From a virus: a stretch of DNA of 64,000 nucleotides. Position 1 is the stretch's first letter, and each line of letters begins with the position of its first letter. Both the position numbers and the translations under genes were made by a program. The stretch covers positions 1 to 64,000 of IMG/VR virus record IMGVR_UViG_3300032293_001730; one strand, given 5' to 3'. This document shows, in pieces, positions 18,655-28,531 of this stretch. The notes under the pieces are model-generated. The model had not been told where the DNA came from and did no database searches. It saw only the letters and a list, made by a program, of their open reading frames with translations.

Positions 18655-19428
18655 ATGCGAGTTGTCGTTGGCAACGTCGAGCATGACGTTCAGGTAGCTG
18701 CTTGTTTCTCGGTTCCCCGACTGGGGTTCCAGGACAACTTCTTTACGGTCTTCTCTGCGCTTGCTCCCCACGGTGTGAAAATCACCAAGGGGACTGGCGC
18801 ATTTTGGGATCAGACCATGTCTCGGATTCTCTCCGATCTCTCGAAAGAGGAGACCGGCAACCAGTTCGTAATTACAGTTGATTACGATTCTGTCTTTGAG
18901 CCCGACTGCGTGAATCGTTTGATGGCGGCGATGCTGATCAGTGGCGTCGACGCCCTGGCTCCGCTTCAAACGAAGCGAGACGATCAGACTTTGATGTTCA
19001 CTCCGGAAGGCCTTGCAACGGATGAGGGCCCTGTGACCGTGAGCCTGCCGGGCGACTGGTGGGAGAAGCCGGCCCAGCCTGTCGACACGGCCCACTTCGG
19101 TCTCACGATCATTCGCACGGCCGCCCTGCGGCGAATGCCCAAGCCGTGGTTCATCGGAATCCCGGGCCCTGACGGCGATTGGGGTGACGGCAGGCGAGAC
19201 CCTGACATTGAATTCTGGCATCGCTTCCGAAAGGCGGGCAACACGCTCGCAGTCTGCCCGCAGGTCGCGATCGGCCACGCGGAACTGGTCATTACATGGC
19301 CCGACCAGCGACTGAAGGCGATACACCAATACCCGACGCACTACTGGGGCGACGGCGGCAAGCGGCCGCCCGAGGCCTGGGGGAGCGAGGACCACGCGGC
19401 GAAGTCAACGAAGAGGACGCAGGAATGA
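18655..19428 (+). CDS. GT-A fold (family 2-like) glycosyltransferase
   Basis: ITVDYDSVF DxD motif, HFGLTIIR, PWF, DIEFW..R.AG, IGHAE. Confidence 0.7.
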   Translation: MRVVVGNVEHDVQVAACFSVPRLGFQDNFFTVFSALAPHGVKITKGTGAFWDQTMSRILSDLSKEETGNQFVITVDYDSVFEPDCVNRLMAAMLISGVDALAPLQTKRDDQTLMFTPEGLATDEGPVTVSLPGDWWEKPAQPVDTAHFGLTIIRTAALRRMPKPWFIGIPGPDGDWGDGRRDPDIEFWHRFRKAGNTLAVCPQVAIGHAELVITWPDQRLKAIHQYPTHYWGDGGKRPPEAWGSEDHAAKSTKRTQE

Positions 19429-19628
19429 AGATCAGACTCTTGAAAAACTGGAGTTGGTACAAGGCCGGTGACGTCGCGGACGTTCACGAGCCGCTTGCGA
19501 AGAACTGGCTGCACGAAGGCGTGGCAGAGCCGGCCGGCGAGGAGCGTTCAGTCGTCGTGGATCGGGCCGAAGCAGACAACTCGCGGGTCGAGCGGGCTGT
19601 CGTCACCGAGAAGCGGCGAAGCAAATGA
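19425..19628 (+). CDS. Small head-module protein
   Basis: MKIRLLKNWSWYKAGDVADV...GVAE is a common small protein before head-tail connectors; overlaps both neighbours by 4 nt. Confidence 0.55.
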   Translation: MKIRLLKNWSWYKAGDVADVHEPLAKNWLHEGVAEPAGEERSVVVDRAEADNSRVERAVVTEKRRSK

Positions 19629-20278
19629 CGTATCCATCGCGGTTTGATCGCTACCTTGAGGTCGTCTCACGCACGAACCTGAAGTACCGCTCGCTCGTGC
19701 GTGTCACGGAGCCGACTGTCGAGCCGGTCTCGGTGGCAGAGGCCAAGCATCACCTCAGGCTTGACGCTGACTTTAGCGACGACGACCTGTATGTCTCCTC
19801 GCTGATCACGGCCGCGAGGTATTACGTTGAGAATTACGTCGACAGGACCCTCCTGCGGACTCAGTTTCGGATGAAGCTCGATTATTTCCCCACCTGGGAC
19901 CTTCCGCTGCCCCGCCCGCCTTTGATGGCGGACCCTGTCACCGTGCAGTACGTCTCGTCCGATGCTTCGCTCGGGTACGCGTTAACGAGCTACACCAACT
20001 TCCGGACCGATCGCGATGCCACCCCAGCCGTCATCCGGCCGCAGTGGAACGGAACTTGGCCTACTGTCCGGGGTGCCGAGAACGACGTCGTCATCTCGTG
20101 GTGGGCGGGCTACGGAACCACCGGAGCAGACGTGCCGATCCCCGCCCGCCACGCGATGCTTCTGATCTTGTCTCACTGGTACCGCACCCGCGAGAGCGTT
20201 TCAGAGGTCCGTTTCGCGCCCGTGCCCATGTCCGCCGAGACTCTCCTCGGCACCGTCAACTGGGGGCAGTACCGGTGA
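19625..20278 (+). CDS. Head-tail connector (gp6-like)
   Basis: EPVSVAEAKHHLR.D...DD..LITAAR..VE; AGYG...VP...AMLLILSHWY..RE. Confidence 0.88.
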   Translation: MTYPSRFDRYLEVVSRTNLKYRSLVRVTEPTVEPVSVAEAKHHLRLDADFSDDDLYVSSLITAARYYVENYVDRTLLRTQFRMKLDYFPTWDLPLPRPPLMADPVTVQYVSSDASLGYALTSYTNFRTDRDATPAVIRPQWNGTWPTVRGAENDVVISWWAGYGTTGADVPIPARHAMLLILSHWYRTRESVSEVRFAPVPMSAETLLGTVNWGQYR

Positions 20279-20607
20279 TCAATGCAGGCGATCTTCGCGA
20301 GGCGGTCACCGTCCAGGTGGCGTCAAAGACGACGAACGCCTACGGCGAGACGGTCCTCAGTTGGACGACATTCGCGACACGCCGCGCCGCCGTCGACGGC
20401 AGGACAATCACCGAGACGATGGGCCAGGAGCAGCCGTACACGAGCGGGGCCTACAACGTCCGGTTCCGGTACCTGCCAGGGCTGACGTCTGAGATGCGGC
20501 TGGTGTGGACGAGCCGCAGCCCAGCCAGGACGCTCGACATCGTCGCCATCACCGAGAAGAACAATCGGGAAGAGCACCAGCTTGTGTGCAAGGAGTGGCG
20601 GGCGTGA
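20275..20607 (+). CDS. Head closure / head-tail adaptor
   Basis: GTG start; INAGDLREAVTVQ...NAYGE...W..FA...RY..GLTSEMR. Confidence 0.8.
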   Translation: MINAGDLREAVTVQVASKTTNAYGETVLSWTTFATRRAAVDGRTITETMGQEQPYTSGAYNVRFRYLPGLTSEMRLVWTSRSPARTLDIVAITEKNNREEHQLVCKEWRA

Positions 20608-21002
20608 GCATTGAGATTCTCGGGCTCGAAGAAACCCTCGACGCTATCCGCGCCCTGCCCACGGTCATCGACCGGGCCAGGGCTTTTACGCCCGTAGCGG
20701 ACCAGTTCAAGGCTCGGCTGACTGATGCGACTCCCATCGGCTACAGCGGAAAGCTCAAGAAGTCGGTGATCGCCCAGGTTGACGATGATGAGGCCCTCGT
20801 CGGATACGAGGAAGGCGTCGAGACGGCCGGAAATCCGAAGCTCGACAGCGTCACACGGCCACGCACCAGGGGCAGGAGCGTGCTCTGGGTCCACGCGGAG
20901 AGCCTGGAGGAACTCATGGCTCAGGAGTTCGAGGACTTCGAGTCCACGGCGGTCTCGGTCCTGGAGGAATCATTCGCGGAGCAGATCAATGCCGGCTCCT
21001 GA
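20604..21002 (+). CDS. HK97 gp10-like neck protein
   Basis: IEILGLEE...TP..SGKLKKS, plus gene position. Confidence 0.65.
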   Translation: MSIEILGLEETLDAIRALPTVIDRARAFTPVADQFKARLTDATPIGYSGKLKKSVIAQVDDDEALVGYEEGVETAGNPKLDSVTRPRTRGRSVLWVHAESLEELMAQEFEDFESTAVSVLEESFAEQINAGS

Positions 21003-21384
21003 AACGTGGCTGAAGCATGCCCTGACCCAGGCCACAACGGCCGGCGTGCATCCGGTGCTCGCCCCGCAAAACGCAACCTTCCCGCTCGTCGTTTACCGCC
21101 GATCATCCACCCGCCGGGAGCGTGGAATGGGCGGGAACTTTGGCGTCCCAGTCGCCTCCTTCTCGGTTTCGATCGTCTCGCAGTCCTACTCCGAGGCCAA
21201 GGACATAGCCGACGCAATTCGCCTGAGGGCCGACAACTTTACGGGCGATTTTTCCGGCGTGAGAATCATTACATCGGCATTGACGGCCGAGAGCGACAAC
21301 ATGGAGCGTCCCCCCGAGGGCCAAGCCAAGCCGCTTTACAGGGTTGATCAGGTCTACGACGTTCGCTTTCAAGAAACTGTTTAA
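20989..21384 (+). CDS. Tail completion/terminator protein (DUF3168-like)
   Basis: HPVLAPQNATFPLVVY...SYSEAKDIADAIR, plus gene position. Confidence 0.75.
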   Translation: MPAPETWLKHALTQATTAGVHPVLAPQNATFPLVVYRRSSTRRERGMGGNFGVPVASFSVSIVSQSYSEAKDIADAIRLRADNFTGDFSGVRIITSALTAESDNMERPPEGQAKPLYRVDQVYDVRFQETV

Positions 21385-21404
21385 CGTCCAAGGAGGGACG
21401 AAAA

Positions 21405-21776
21405 ATGCCTTTCGAGTCTTCGCAGGGAATCGGATTCAGCTTCAGCGGTCAGGTCTTCACGGCCAACCAAATTCAGGTTTCGCAGCAGGTCAGCGAGATC
21501 GACGTCTCTTCGCTCTCTGATCCGACCGGCAGCTTCCGCAGTTTTCGCCCCGCCCCGATCCGCGAGGCCCCCGAGCTTCAGATCGAGTTCGTCGGAATGA
21601 ACCTTCCGCAGATGACCGCCACCGGCGCGATTACCTGGACGGTCGCCGCCAGCGGCTCGAACGCGGGCTTCACGACCGGCATCCCGACCGTGGCGCTCTG
21701 CACTCAGGCAAGCGTAACGGCCGCTGTCGGCGAGTTGATCAAGGGCTCGGCGACGTTCCGTCTGACGCAGAACTAG
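21405..21776 (+). CDS. Putative tail tube protein
   Basis: Strong RBS, EIDVSSL motif, beta-rich, position between neck and chaperone genes. Confidence 0.6.
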   Translation: MPFESSQGIGFSFSGQVFTANQIQVSQQVSEIDVSSLSDPTGSFRSFRPAPIREAPELQIEFVGMNLPQMTATGAITWTVAASGSNAGFTTGIPTVALCTQASVTAAVGELIKGSATFRLTQN

Positions 21777-21806
21777 GCAAAGCCTCCTGAGCTAGGGAGG
21801 TGATCC

Positions 21807-22220
21807 ATGGCACTCCTGTCACCGCACGGCTCGCCTACGGCGACCAACGGACTGGAGTGTACTTGGGCTGGGTTCAGGTTTGCAGTCAGGTCGCTGTCCT
21901 ACAGTAGGTCCGCCTCGGCGGAAGTAGATATTACATGCATGGACTCGTCGGCCGAGACGGACGCGAGAAACTCCACGAGGAGACTCACCGTCAAGTCTGT
22001 TGAGTATGGAATCATCGACCCAGGCGAAGTTCAGCTTGAGTTCCTAACCAGCGCAAACGGACTAACTCTATCTGGCTTTATTGGCAGAAAAAGTGAACTC
22101 AGGTTTAGTACGGATGAGTTTACGGTCGCCTCTCAGGCAATCTTGACGCAGTTCTCTTCTCAGATGCAGGTGGGTGAGTTCGTCACCTGCAACTGTACGT
22201 TCAAGTTCACGGAGCTTTAG
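21807..22220 (+). CDS. Second tail tube-like protein
   Basis: EVDITCMD..DPGEVQLEF..VGEFV...TFKFT parallels the upstream ORF (EIDVSSL..ELQIEF..VGELI..TFRLT). Confidence 0.55.
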   Translation: MALLSPHGSPTATNGLECTWAGFRFAVRSLSYSRSASAEVDITCMDSSAETDARNSTRRLTVKSVEYGIIDPGEVQLEFLTSANGLTLSGFIGRKSELRFSTDEFTVASQAILTQFSSQMQVGEFVTCNCTFKFTEL

Positions 22221-22270
22221 AATCCAGTTGTACGGATACGGTTTCTTTTCCCCTGATGGAGTAGGTAGGC

Positions 22271-22932
22271 ATGGCATTTCTCAACAAGGCGGCGATTCTG
22301 GCGGCGAAGGACAAGAAGCAGGTCGAGGTCACTGTTCCTGAGTGGCTCGACGATGCAGGGCAGCCCGGAGTGGTCTGCCTTCGGGTGCTGACCGGCACGG
22401 AGCGTGATCGCTTCGAGGCCGAGTTCGTGGGCGGCAACAAGAGCGTGGACATGGTCCGAGCGAAGCTCGTGGCGAAGTGTCTGTGTGACTCGGAAGGCAA
22501 CCGTCTCTTCACCGAGCAGGAGATTCCTGCTCTCGGCGAGAAGTCGGCAGCCGTCCTCGACCGGCTCTTCACGCAGTGCATGAAGTTGAATCGGTTTACC
22601 AAAGATGACGTGGAGGAACTCGCGGGAAACTCCTGAGCCGTCCGAGGCGGCGATTTGAGTATCGGCTGGCGTTAGCACTCGGCAAGACGCACAGGCAACT
22701 CCTTGAGGAGTGCGATGCGCAAGAACTCGCTGAGTGGGAGGCCTTTTGGCTCATCGAGCCGTGGGGGGACGAGTGGCGACAAATCGCTCGTCTCACCACG
22801 GCTCTTTGCACTGCCTGGGGCAGCAAGAACCTTGAAGAAGAAATGATCATGCCGAGCCACAGGAAGCAACAGCAAACGCCTGGGCAGATGTTGTCTGAGC
22901 TAATGAAAATTCCATCGCTGACAAAGAAGTAA
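22271..22932 (+). CDS. Tail assembly chaperone G (22271-22636) and -1 frameshift product G-T (to 22932)
   Basis: Slippery G_GGA_AAC at 22624-22630 just before the stop. The -1 frame is open (LALALGKT..ELAEWEAFWLIEPWG) to TAA 22930-22932, abutting the tape measure ATG. Confidence 0.88.
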
Positions 22933-25900
22933 TGGCAACGATCGGCAGCATCACCGTCGCGTTTGGGGCGGACCTTCGCGGGCTGAGCGAGGGGATCGAC
23001 TCCATTGCCGGCATGTTCGATCGAGTATCCGAGAAGGCAGAGAAGCTCGCCGAGCAGCTTGATTCGATCACATCGAAGTCGGTTTCGCTCAAGGTGGCGG
23101 TGGAGTCGTCTGGGGTCGAAAAGGCGAAGTCTCAGATCAAGGACATTCCGGGCAATTCTACAAAGAAAGTTTCTGTCTCAGTTGATGCGTCAGAGGTTGC
23201 CGACGCTGGAGACGACGTCGCCGATCTGGGCACGTCGCTCACTGCGACGTCACAGGCAGCCTCCGGCGGGCGCGGCCCCTTGGCGTCACTTCTCGTAACC
23301 ACGGCAAGGCTGTCCTCGACCGCGATTGCCGGGGCCTCGGCGTACTCGCAATTGCGAGAAGCGACATTAAAAAACATCAGCGCAATTACCGGACTTAATT
23401 CGACGCAGAAGTCGCTGGTTGTTATTCAGGAAGCCCTTCGCGGGAACGGAGCAGCCCTAAAGGTTGTTATCCAGGCTACATCGCAGGCCGTCCGGGAATA
23501 CGCGAAGTCTTTTTTGACGGTCGAGGGAGCGCAGGCAGCACTACAGAGCGCCGCGCTGGCAACCGCCAGGGCGTTTGGCATATCCGACGAAGCAGTAGTG
23601 AGGTCTATCGGGTTCTTCTCTCAGTTCGCCACCAATCAGATCGCGACTGCGGGAGTGTTTCGTATTTCGCAGAGGGCTTCCGATCTTCTCGCGAAGGGCT
23701 ACGAGTCTCTCGCCGTCTCCGCCGCTAAATACTTCACTGGCTCCGACCGGGCTCTCGCCGCAGGTAAGTCTCTCGCGGACGCGCTGAAAAGCCTCGCCGC
23801 CGGCGTGAATTTCCTGAACAAGGGATTCGACTCCGCCGCCAGTGCTATCGCCAAGTTCTCCCAAAACTTCAATATCGTCGGGCGGGTGTCTGCGACTGTT
23901 GGAGCGGCCTTTGACAAAGCCGCTTCGCTCGTTTCTTCTTTCGCGTCGTCCGTTGCGTCGTCAAAGACTGCCTCGGACGTGATCAGAGCTTTCTCGGCGG
24001 CTTTCGGAAGCCTTTCTGCGGCGGCAAAGTCTGCGTCCCCAGTAATTGCCGCGACAATGAAAAGCATCGCGGCAGGCGTGGCTCCGGCGGCGAGACTTGT
24101 CGGCAGCTTCAGCTTACTGGCGACAGCGTTTTCTGTAGTCTCTGCGGCTTCAGGGGAAACTGCGGCAGGGTTTTTTAGGGTCGCCGCCGGCGCGGTGGCG
24201 CAAACTGCCGCCGTTGGCGCCGCAACCGGCGCCATCACGGCCGCTGCGGCTGGCACGTCGGTCATGGCCGGTGCCGCCGCTGGTGCTGCAACGGCTGTTG
24301 GCGGCCTTGCCTCGATCTTTCCGGTCACAACTGCCCTGGCTGTTGCCCTGGCTGTTGCCACGGGCCGTGTTGCCCACGCCCTGCAACACGTCGGCGACAA
24401 CGCAGAGATGATGGGCAACCTCGCCGACAGGTTCGGACAGCCCGTGCAGGAGATCGAGAAGCTCAAGATCGCCGCCGAGCAATCGGGCGTCGCGCTTAAC
24501 TCCGTCGTTCGTGCGCAGCAGATTTTCAGCCAGAACGTCAGCAAGATCAAGATCGGCAACATGGGCGTGGCTCAGACTCGCGAGGCGAGCGCGGCCATGA
24601 AGCAGTTGGGCATCAGCGTCGAGGACCTCCGGAACAAGAAGCCCGAAGATTTGTTTCTTGACGTTGCTCGCGAAATCTCCAAGCTGCCGGACGCCACAAA
24701 GAAGACGCAGGTCGCGATGGACCTGTTCGGGCGAACCGGCCCGCAGCTTCTTCCGCTTCTCAAGAATCTTGAACAAGTCAACGAAGACATCGGCAGGCTT
24801 GGCGGAACGATTAGCGACCTCGATTTCGAGAGGTTCCTGGCCGTAGACCAGTCCTTCGACAGGCTGCGGACAGCATCCGGGGCCATGACAGACGACCTCG
24901 CCATTCCTTTCACGAGGATGCAGGAGGCCTGGAACAACGCGTCGGCCGAAGTCATTGGCGGACTTGCGCCTCTCGTGGGCGCCGTGAGCGAGGTCATCGC
25001 GGACCTGTCCACTCCACTCGCTGTGATTGTCGAGGTGACAGGCAGGGTAATCGGCATTTTTGCAAGAGTTGCTGCGGCCGTCACGAAGATCGTCACGGCT
25101 TTCCTGCCCGTGGCTTCGATAGCCGTTCTTTTCGAGCTACTCGGAGACGCGATCAACGCGGTCTTGTCTCCGGTGGAGGGCCTCGTGGAGGGACTGGAGG
25201 GTTTCGCGTCTATGATCGAGGAGGCCATGCGGCCCACGGTTGAAGGGTTTCTTGAGATTGGCGAGGCCGCAACAGAACTCCTAAACATACTCACCGATTT
25301 TATGGGCCTCGGACATATTTTCGGCGAAACGACCGCCTCCCTGCTTGCCCTCGGAGCCGCGTATCTTGTAGTCACGTCTTCATCGCGAATCTTCTCTGCC
25401 GTTATGGCGACCTCGGCCGGGACTGCCATCGCAAGCGCAGTCACGACGGCCGCAGCCTGGGTCGCCGCCGGGGCTGCAATCGCCGCATCACTGATCGGCG
25501 TTGCGGTCGTGGGGATTACGGTCTATGTCGCTTCACTCATTGCAGCCACTGCGGCCACCATTGCCTCCTGCGCAGCGATGCACATCGCGTGGCTGTTCGG
25601 CCTTGGCCCGATTGGCCTACTGATCGCTGGCATCGAACTCCTTGCGGTTGGTGTCATTGCCCTGTACGCACTCGGGGGAAGCATCGTCGACTTCTTCAGT
25701 GGCTGGGGCCAAGGCGCCAAGGAAATCGACGGTGCTACTGCAAGCGTCGAGGAACTGACTGCGGCCGTTGAGGAAAATCAGAACAAGGGATTGGGCAAGG
25801 ACGCACAGGCGTTGGCTGACGCACTCGCACCTTCCGGAGGCAGTTCTGGAACCGCCAGTGTCGATTTCGGTGACGATGGGAGGGTCGCGGAAGCGGAGTT

Positions 25901-28529
25901 TGGAAAGGCCCGCGAAGCGGTCGTGCAGTTCGGCATGTCGTTCGGCCTCGGCGAAAAGCAGGCGGAACTATGGGCGCAAAGCGTTGCTGCCGAGGCCGCT
26001 CGCGTTGCCGAGTCGCTCAAGGGGCCGTCAAAGGAAGAGATCATGTCGGGCATCTCGTCAGCCAGAGATGAGATGGCCGATCTCTCGATTCGCGCAGCCA
26101 AGTTCGGGCAAGCCGGCGCCGACGCCGCGTCGAGGAGCACGGAAGAGTTCAACGAGCTACAGCGGCAACTCGGCTCTGGAAAAATTAATATCGATGAGTT
26201 CAACGAAGGCGCCGCAGACATCGCAGAGAATCTCAGCAAGGGGCTGGATCAGATCGCGAAGTCGAGCCCCGAGGAAACGCTCAAGAGAAATCTGGAACTC
26301 TTCAAGCAACTCGACGATTCTGTGAAGTCAGCCGGGAAGTCTCTTCGCGATCTGACGGCCGTCCGCATGGTCGGCGACAAGATGCTGCCTGCGTCTGAGG
26401 AGGTCAAGAGGCGTGCCGCCGAGTTGCAGTCTGAATACTCCTCCGCTCTCGACGCGATCAAGAGGAAGCAGGCGTCTGGCGGCTTCCAGGCTGAACTCGA
26501 CAAGAGGAGAAGTCAGGCCCAGGCGGACTTCGACTCTGGCAAGATCGACTCGGCCGGTTTTGCCGCTATCACGGCAGAACTCGACTCCACGAACGCCCAG
26601 GAGCAAGCCTCGCTTGCCGTCGAGGAAGTCCAGCGAGAGTTCGACCGCAAGAAGGCAAAAATCCAGGCCGACATTTCCTTTGCCGACGACATCCGCAAGA
26701 AACTCGAAGACGCGTTCACGTCTCCCGTCCAGAAGATGGAGAAGGAACTCAAGAAGATCGCAGAGAATCCGGACCTGAACCCGAGCGAGAAGGCAGCGGC
26801 GTCCTTCATGGTCAAGAATCAGGCACGCGAGCAGCTTGTCGGCAAGAACGCCCAATCGCAACTCCAAGAGCGGAGACGCGACCTAACCCAAGCCAGGGAC
26901 TCGGGCCTCATCTCCGGCGAAAGTTTCACCGCAGAGATGAAGAAGGCCGCAGAAGATTTCGCCGCCGCTGTCGGGGTCACGAAGACTCCGTTCGAGGCAT
27001 TCTCGTCATCGCTCGATAACATCGCCAAGCAGTTTGGCTTTGCCGGGCAGCCACTCGAAGAGGTTCGCCGTAAGCTGGCCGGCAACGCCGAGCAGCTTGC
27101 CGTCTTCGACCGGGCTGTCCAGGAGGCCCGCGACAATTTGCTTGCATCACTGGGGGTCGAGAAGAGCCCGCAGAAAGTATTTGAAGAGCAGATGAAGAAG
27201 ATCGACGAGGCAGTCAACGCGACCGACCCGTCAAAGAGGATCACAGAGAGCGAGGCTGCACAGGCACGCGCGGCCGCGACCCGCAAGCGAGACTCGTCGC
27301 TCGGGGCGGGCGAGGACTTAGCCGGCCAGTTTGCAGAGCGGCAGAAGAAAATCGAAGAGGCTTACGGCGGTGGCAAGGACCCTGCCAAGCTCGCGGTCGC
27401 AAACAATAATCTCGCCATCGACAGGAGGCAGGCCGCCGGCCTAGACGCCACCCCCGCCCAAGCGTTGCAGGCAGGAATCGACAAAATAAACGACGTGTTT
27501 GGCGAAGCCGGCAAGGGCACTGCCGAATACAACGAAGCGATCAAGAAGAACCGCGACTCCGTTCTTCAGTCTGTCGGAATTGAGAAGAGTGCTGTTCAAG
27601 TCCGCCAGGAAGCGAACAAGCGGCTCGAAGGCCTTTCCCTCTCCGCAGGGGAGGCCGCTCAGGCCCAGCAAAAAATCTCCGACTCGTTCATGTCGGCCCT
27701 CGGGATCACGAAGACCCCCTTCGAGCAGTTCTCGGGTGAACTCGACAACATCGCCGCCCAGTTTGACATGGCGGGGCAGCCGCTCGACAAGGTCCGCGAG
27801 TCCCTGAAGGGCAACGCCAAGGACCTCGAACTGTTCGATCGTGCCGTGAAGCAGGCGCGAGACAATCTGCTTGCATCACTCGGGGTCGAGAAGACGCCGC
27901 AGCAAGTCTTTGAAGAGCAGATGAAAAAGATCGACGAGGCGGAGAACGCGACTGACCCAAGCAAGAAGATCACTGCGGAGGAGGCCACGAAGGCCAGGGT
28001 GGCCGCTGCTCGCAAGCGGGAAGAGGCTCTCGGCGCCGATACGGCGAACACGCGTGCCGGGCGATTCTCCGAGCGTCGCCGTGAGATCGAAGAGGCGTTC
28101 GGCAAGAACGGCGAAAAGAACCAGGAAGCGTTCGACTCCGCGATGAAGAACCTGAGGAAGCAGGGGCCCGGGGCTGAGCAGGAGAGCCCCGTGCAGGCCT
28201 TCAAGGACAGCCTGAAGGAACTGGAGTACATGAGGGGCTCGGGGGCGATCGACGACAAGGAGTTCTCGCAGCGAAAGCTCAATCTCCAGGCCGAGCTTCA
28301 GGAGTCTCTCGGTCCCGCGCTCGACAACCTCAAACCCGACCGCCGTGCGATCGAGGGCTCGGACGTTCGCAGCAAGTCTGGCGTCGACACCTTCTTCCGC
28401 ATCCTTCGCGGCAACGACAACCCGTCGCTCAAGGCGCAGCTTGAGGTGGCAAAGAACACGCGATTCCTCGCAGAGGCCGCAAGGAATCCAGACGCCGCGC
28501 CAGTGATCGCGCAACTTCCGGCGAGGTAG
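22932..28529 (+). CDS. Tape measure protein
   Basis: 1,865 aa, Ala-rich and helical, MATIGSITV start, AMDLFGRTG motif, directly after the chaperones. Confidence 0.92.
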   Translation: MATIGSITVAFGADLRGLSEGIDSIAGMFDRVSEKAEKLAEQLDSITSKSVSLKVAVESSGVEKAKSQIKDIPGNSTKKVSVSVDASEVADAGDDVADLGTSLTATSQAASGGRGPLASLLVTTARLSSTAIAGASAYSQLREATLKNISAITGLNSTQKSLVVIQEALRGNGAALKVVIQATSQAVREYAKSFLTVEGAQAALQSAALATARAFGISDEAVVRSIGFFSQFATNQIATAGVFRISQRASDLLAKGYESLAVSAAKYFTGSDRALAAGKSLADALKSLAAGVNFLNKGFDSAASAIAKFSQNFNIVGRVSATVGAAFDKAASLVSSFASSVASSKTASDVIRAFSAAFGSLSAAAKSASPVIAATMKSIAAGVAPAARLVGSFSLLATAFSVVSAASGETAAGFFRVAAGAVAQTAAVGAATGAITAAAAGTSVMAGAAAGAATAVGGLASIFPVTTALAVALAVATGRVAHALQHVGDNAEMMGNLADRFGQPVQEIEKLKIAAEQSGVALNSVVRAQQIFSQNVSKIKIGNMGVAQTREASAAMKQLGISVEDLRNKKPEDLFLDVAREISKLPDATKKTQVAMDLFGRTGPQLLPLLKNLEQVNEDIGRLGGTISDLDFERFLAVDQSFDRLRTASGAMTDDLAIPFTRMQEAWNNASAEVIGGLAPLVGAVSEVIADLSTPLAVIVEVTGRVIGIFARVAAAVTKIVTAFLPVASIAVLFELLGDAINAVLSPVEGLVEGLEGFASMIEEAMRPTVEGFLEIGEAATELLNILTDFMGLGHIFGETTASLLALGAAYLVVTSSSRIFSAVMATSAGTAIASAVTTAAAWVAAGAAIAASLIGVAVVGITVYVASLIAATAATIASCAAMHIAWLFGLGPIGLLIAGIELLAVGVIALYALGGSIVDFFSGWGQGAKEIDGATASVEELTAAVEENQNKGLGKDAQALADALAPSGGSSGTASVDFGDDGRVAEAEFGKAREAVVQFGMSFGLGEKQAELWAQSVAAEAARVAESLKGPSKEEIMSGISSARDEMADLSIRAAKFGQAGADAASRSTEEFNELQRQLGSGKINIDEFNEGAADIAENLSKGLDQIAKSSPEETLKRNLELFKQLDDSVKSAGKSLRDLTAVRMVGDKMLPASEEVKRRAAELQSEYSSALDAIKRKQASGGFQAELDKRRSQAQADFDSGKIDSAGFAAITAELDSTNAQEQASLAVEEVQREFDRKKAKIQADISFADDIRKKLEDAFTSPVQKMEKELKKIAENPDLNPSEKAAASFMVKNQAREQLVGKNAQSQLQERRRDLTQARDSGLISGESFTAEMKKAAEDFAAAVGVTKTPFEAFSSSLDNIAKQFGFAGQPLEEVRRKLAGNAEQLAVFDRAVQEARDNLLASLGVEKSPQKVFEEQMKKIDEAVNATDPSKRITESEAAQARAAATRKRDSSLGAGEDLAGQFAERQKKIEEAYGGGKDPAKLAVANNNLAIDRRQAAGLDATPAQALQAGIDKINDVFGEAGKGTAEYNEAIKKNRDSVLQSVGIEKSAVQVRQEANKRLEGLSLSAGEAAQAQQKISDSFMSALGITKTPFEQFSGELDNIAAQFDMAGQPLDKVRESLKGNAKDLELFDRAVKQARDNLLASLGVEKTPQQVFEEQMKKIDEAENATDPSKKITAEEATKARVAAARKREEALGADTANTRAGRFSERRREIEEAFGKNGEKNQEAFDSAMKNLRKQGPGAEQESPVQAFKDSLKELEYMRGSGAIDDKEFSQRKLNLQAELQESLGPALDNLKPDRRAIEGSDVRSKSGVDTFFRILRGNDNPSLKAQLEVAKNTRFLAEAARNPDAAPVIAQLPAR

Positions 28530-28531
28530 AC

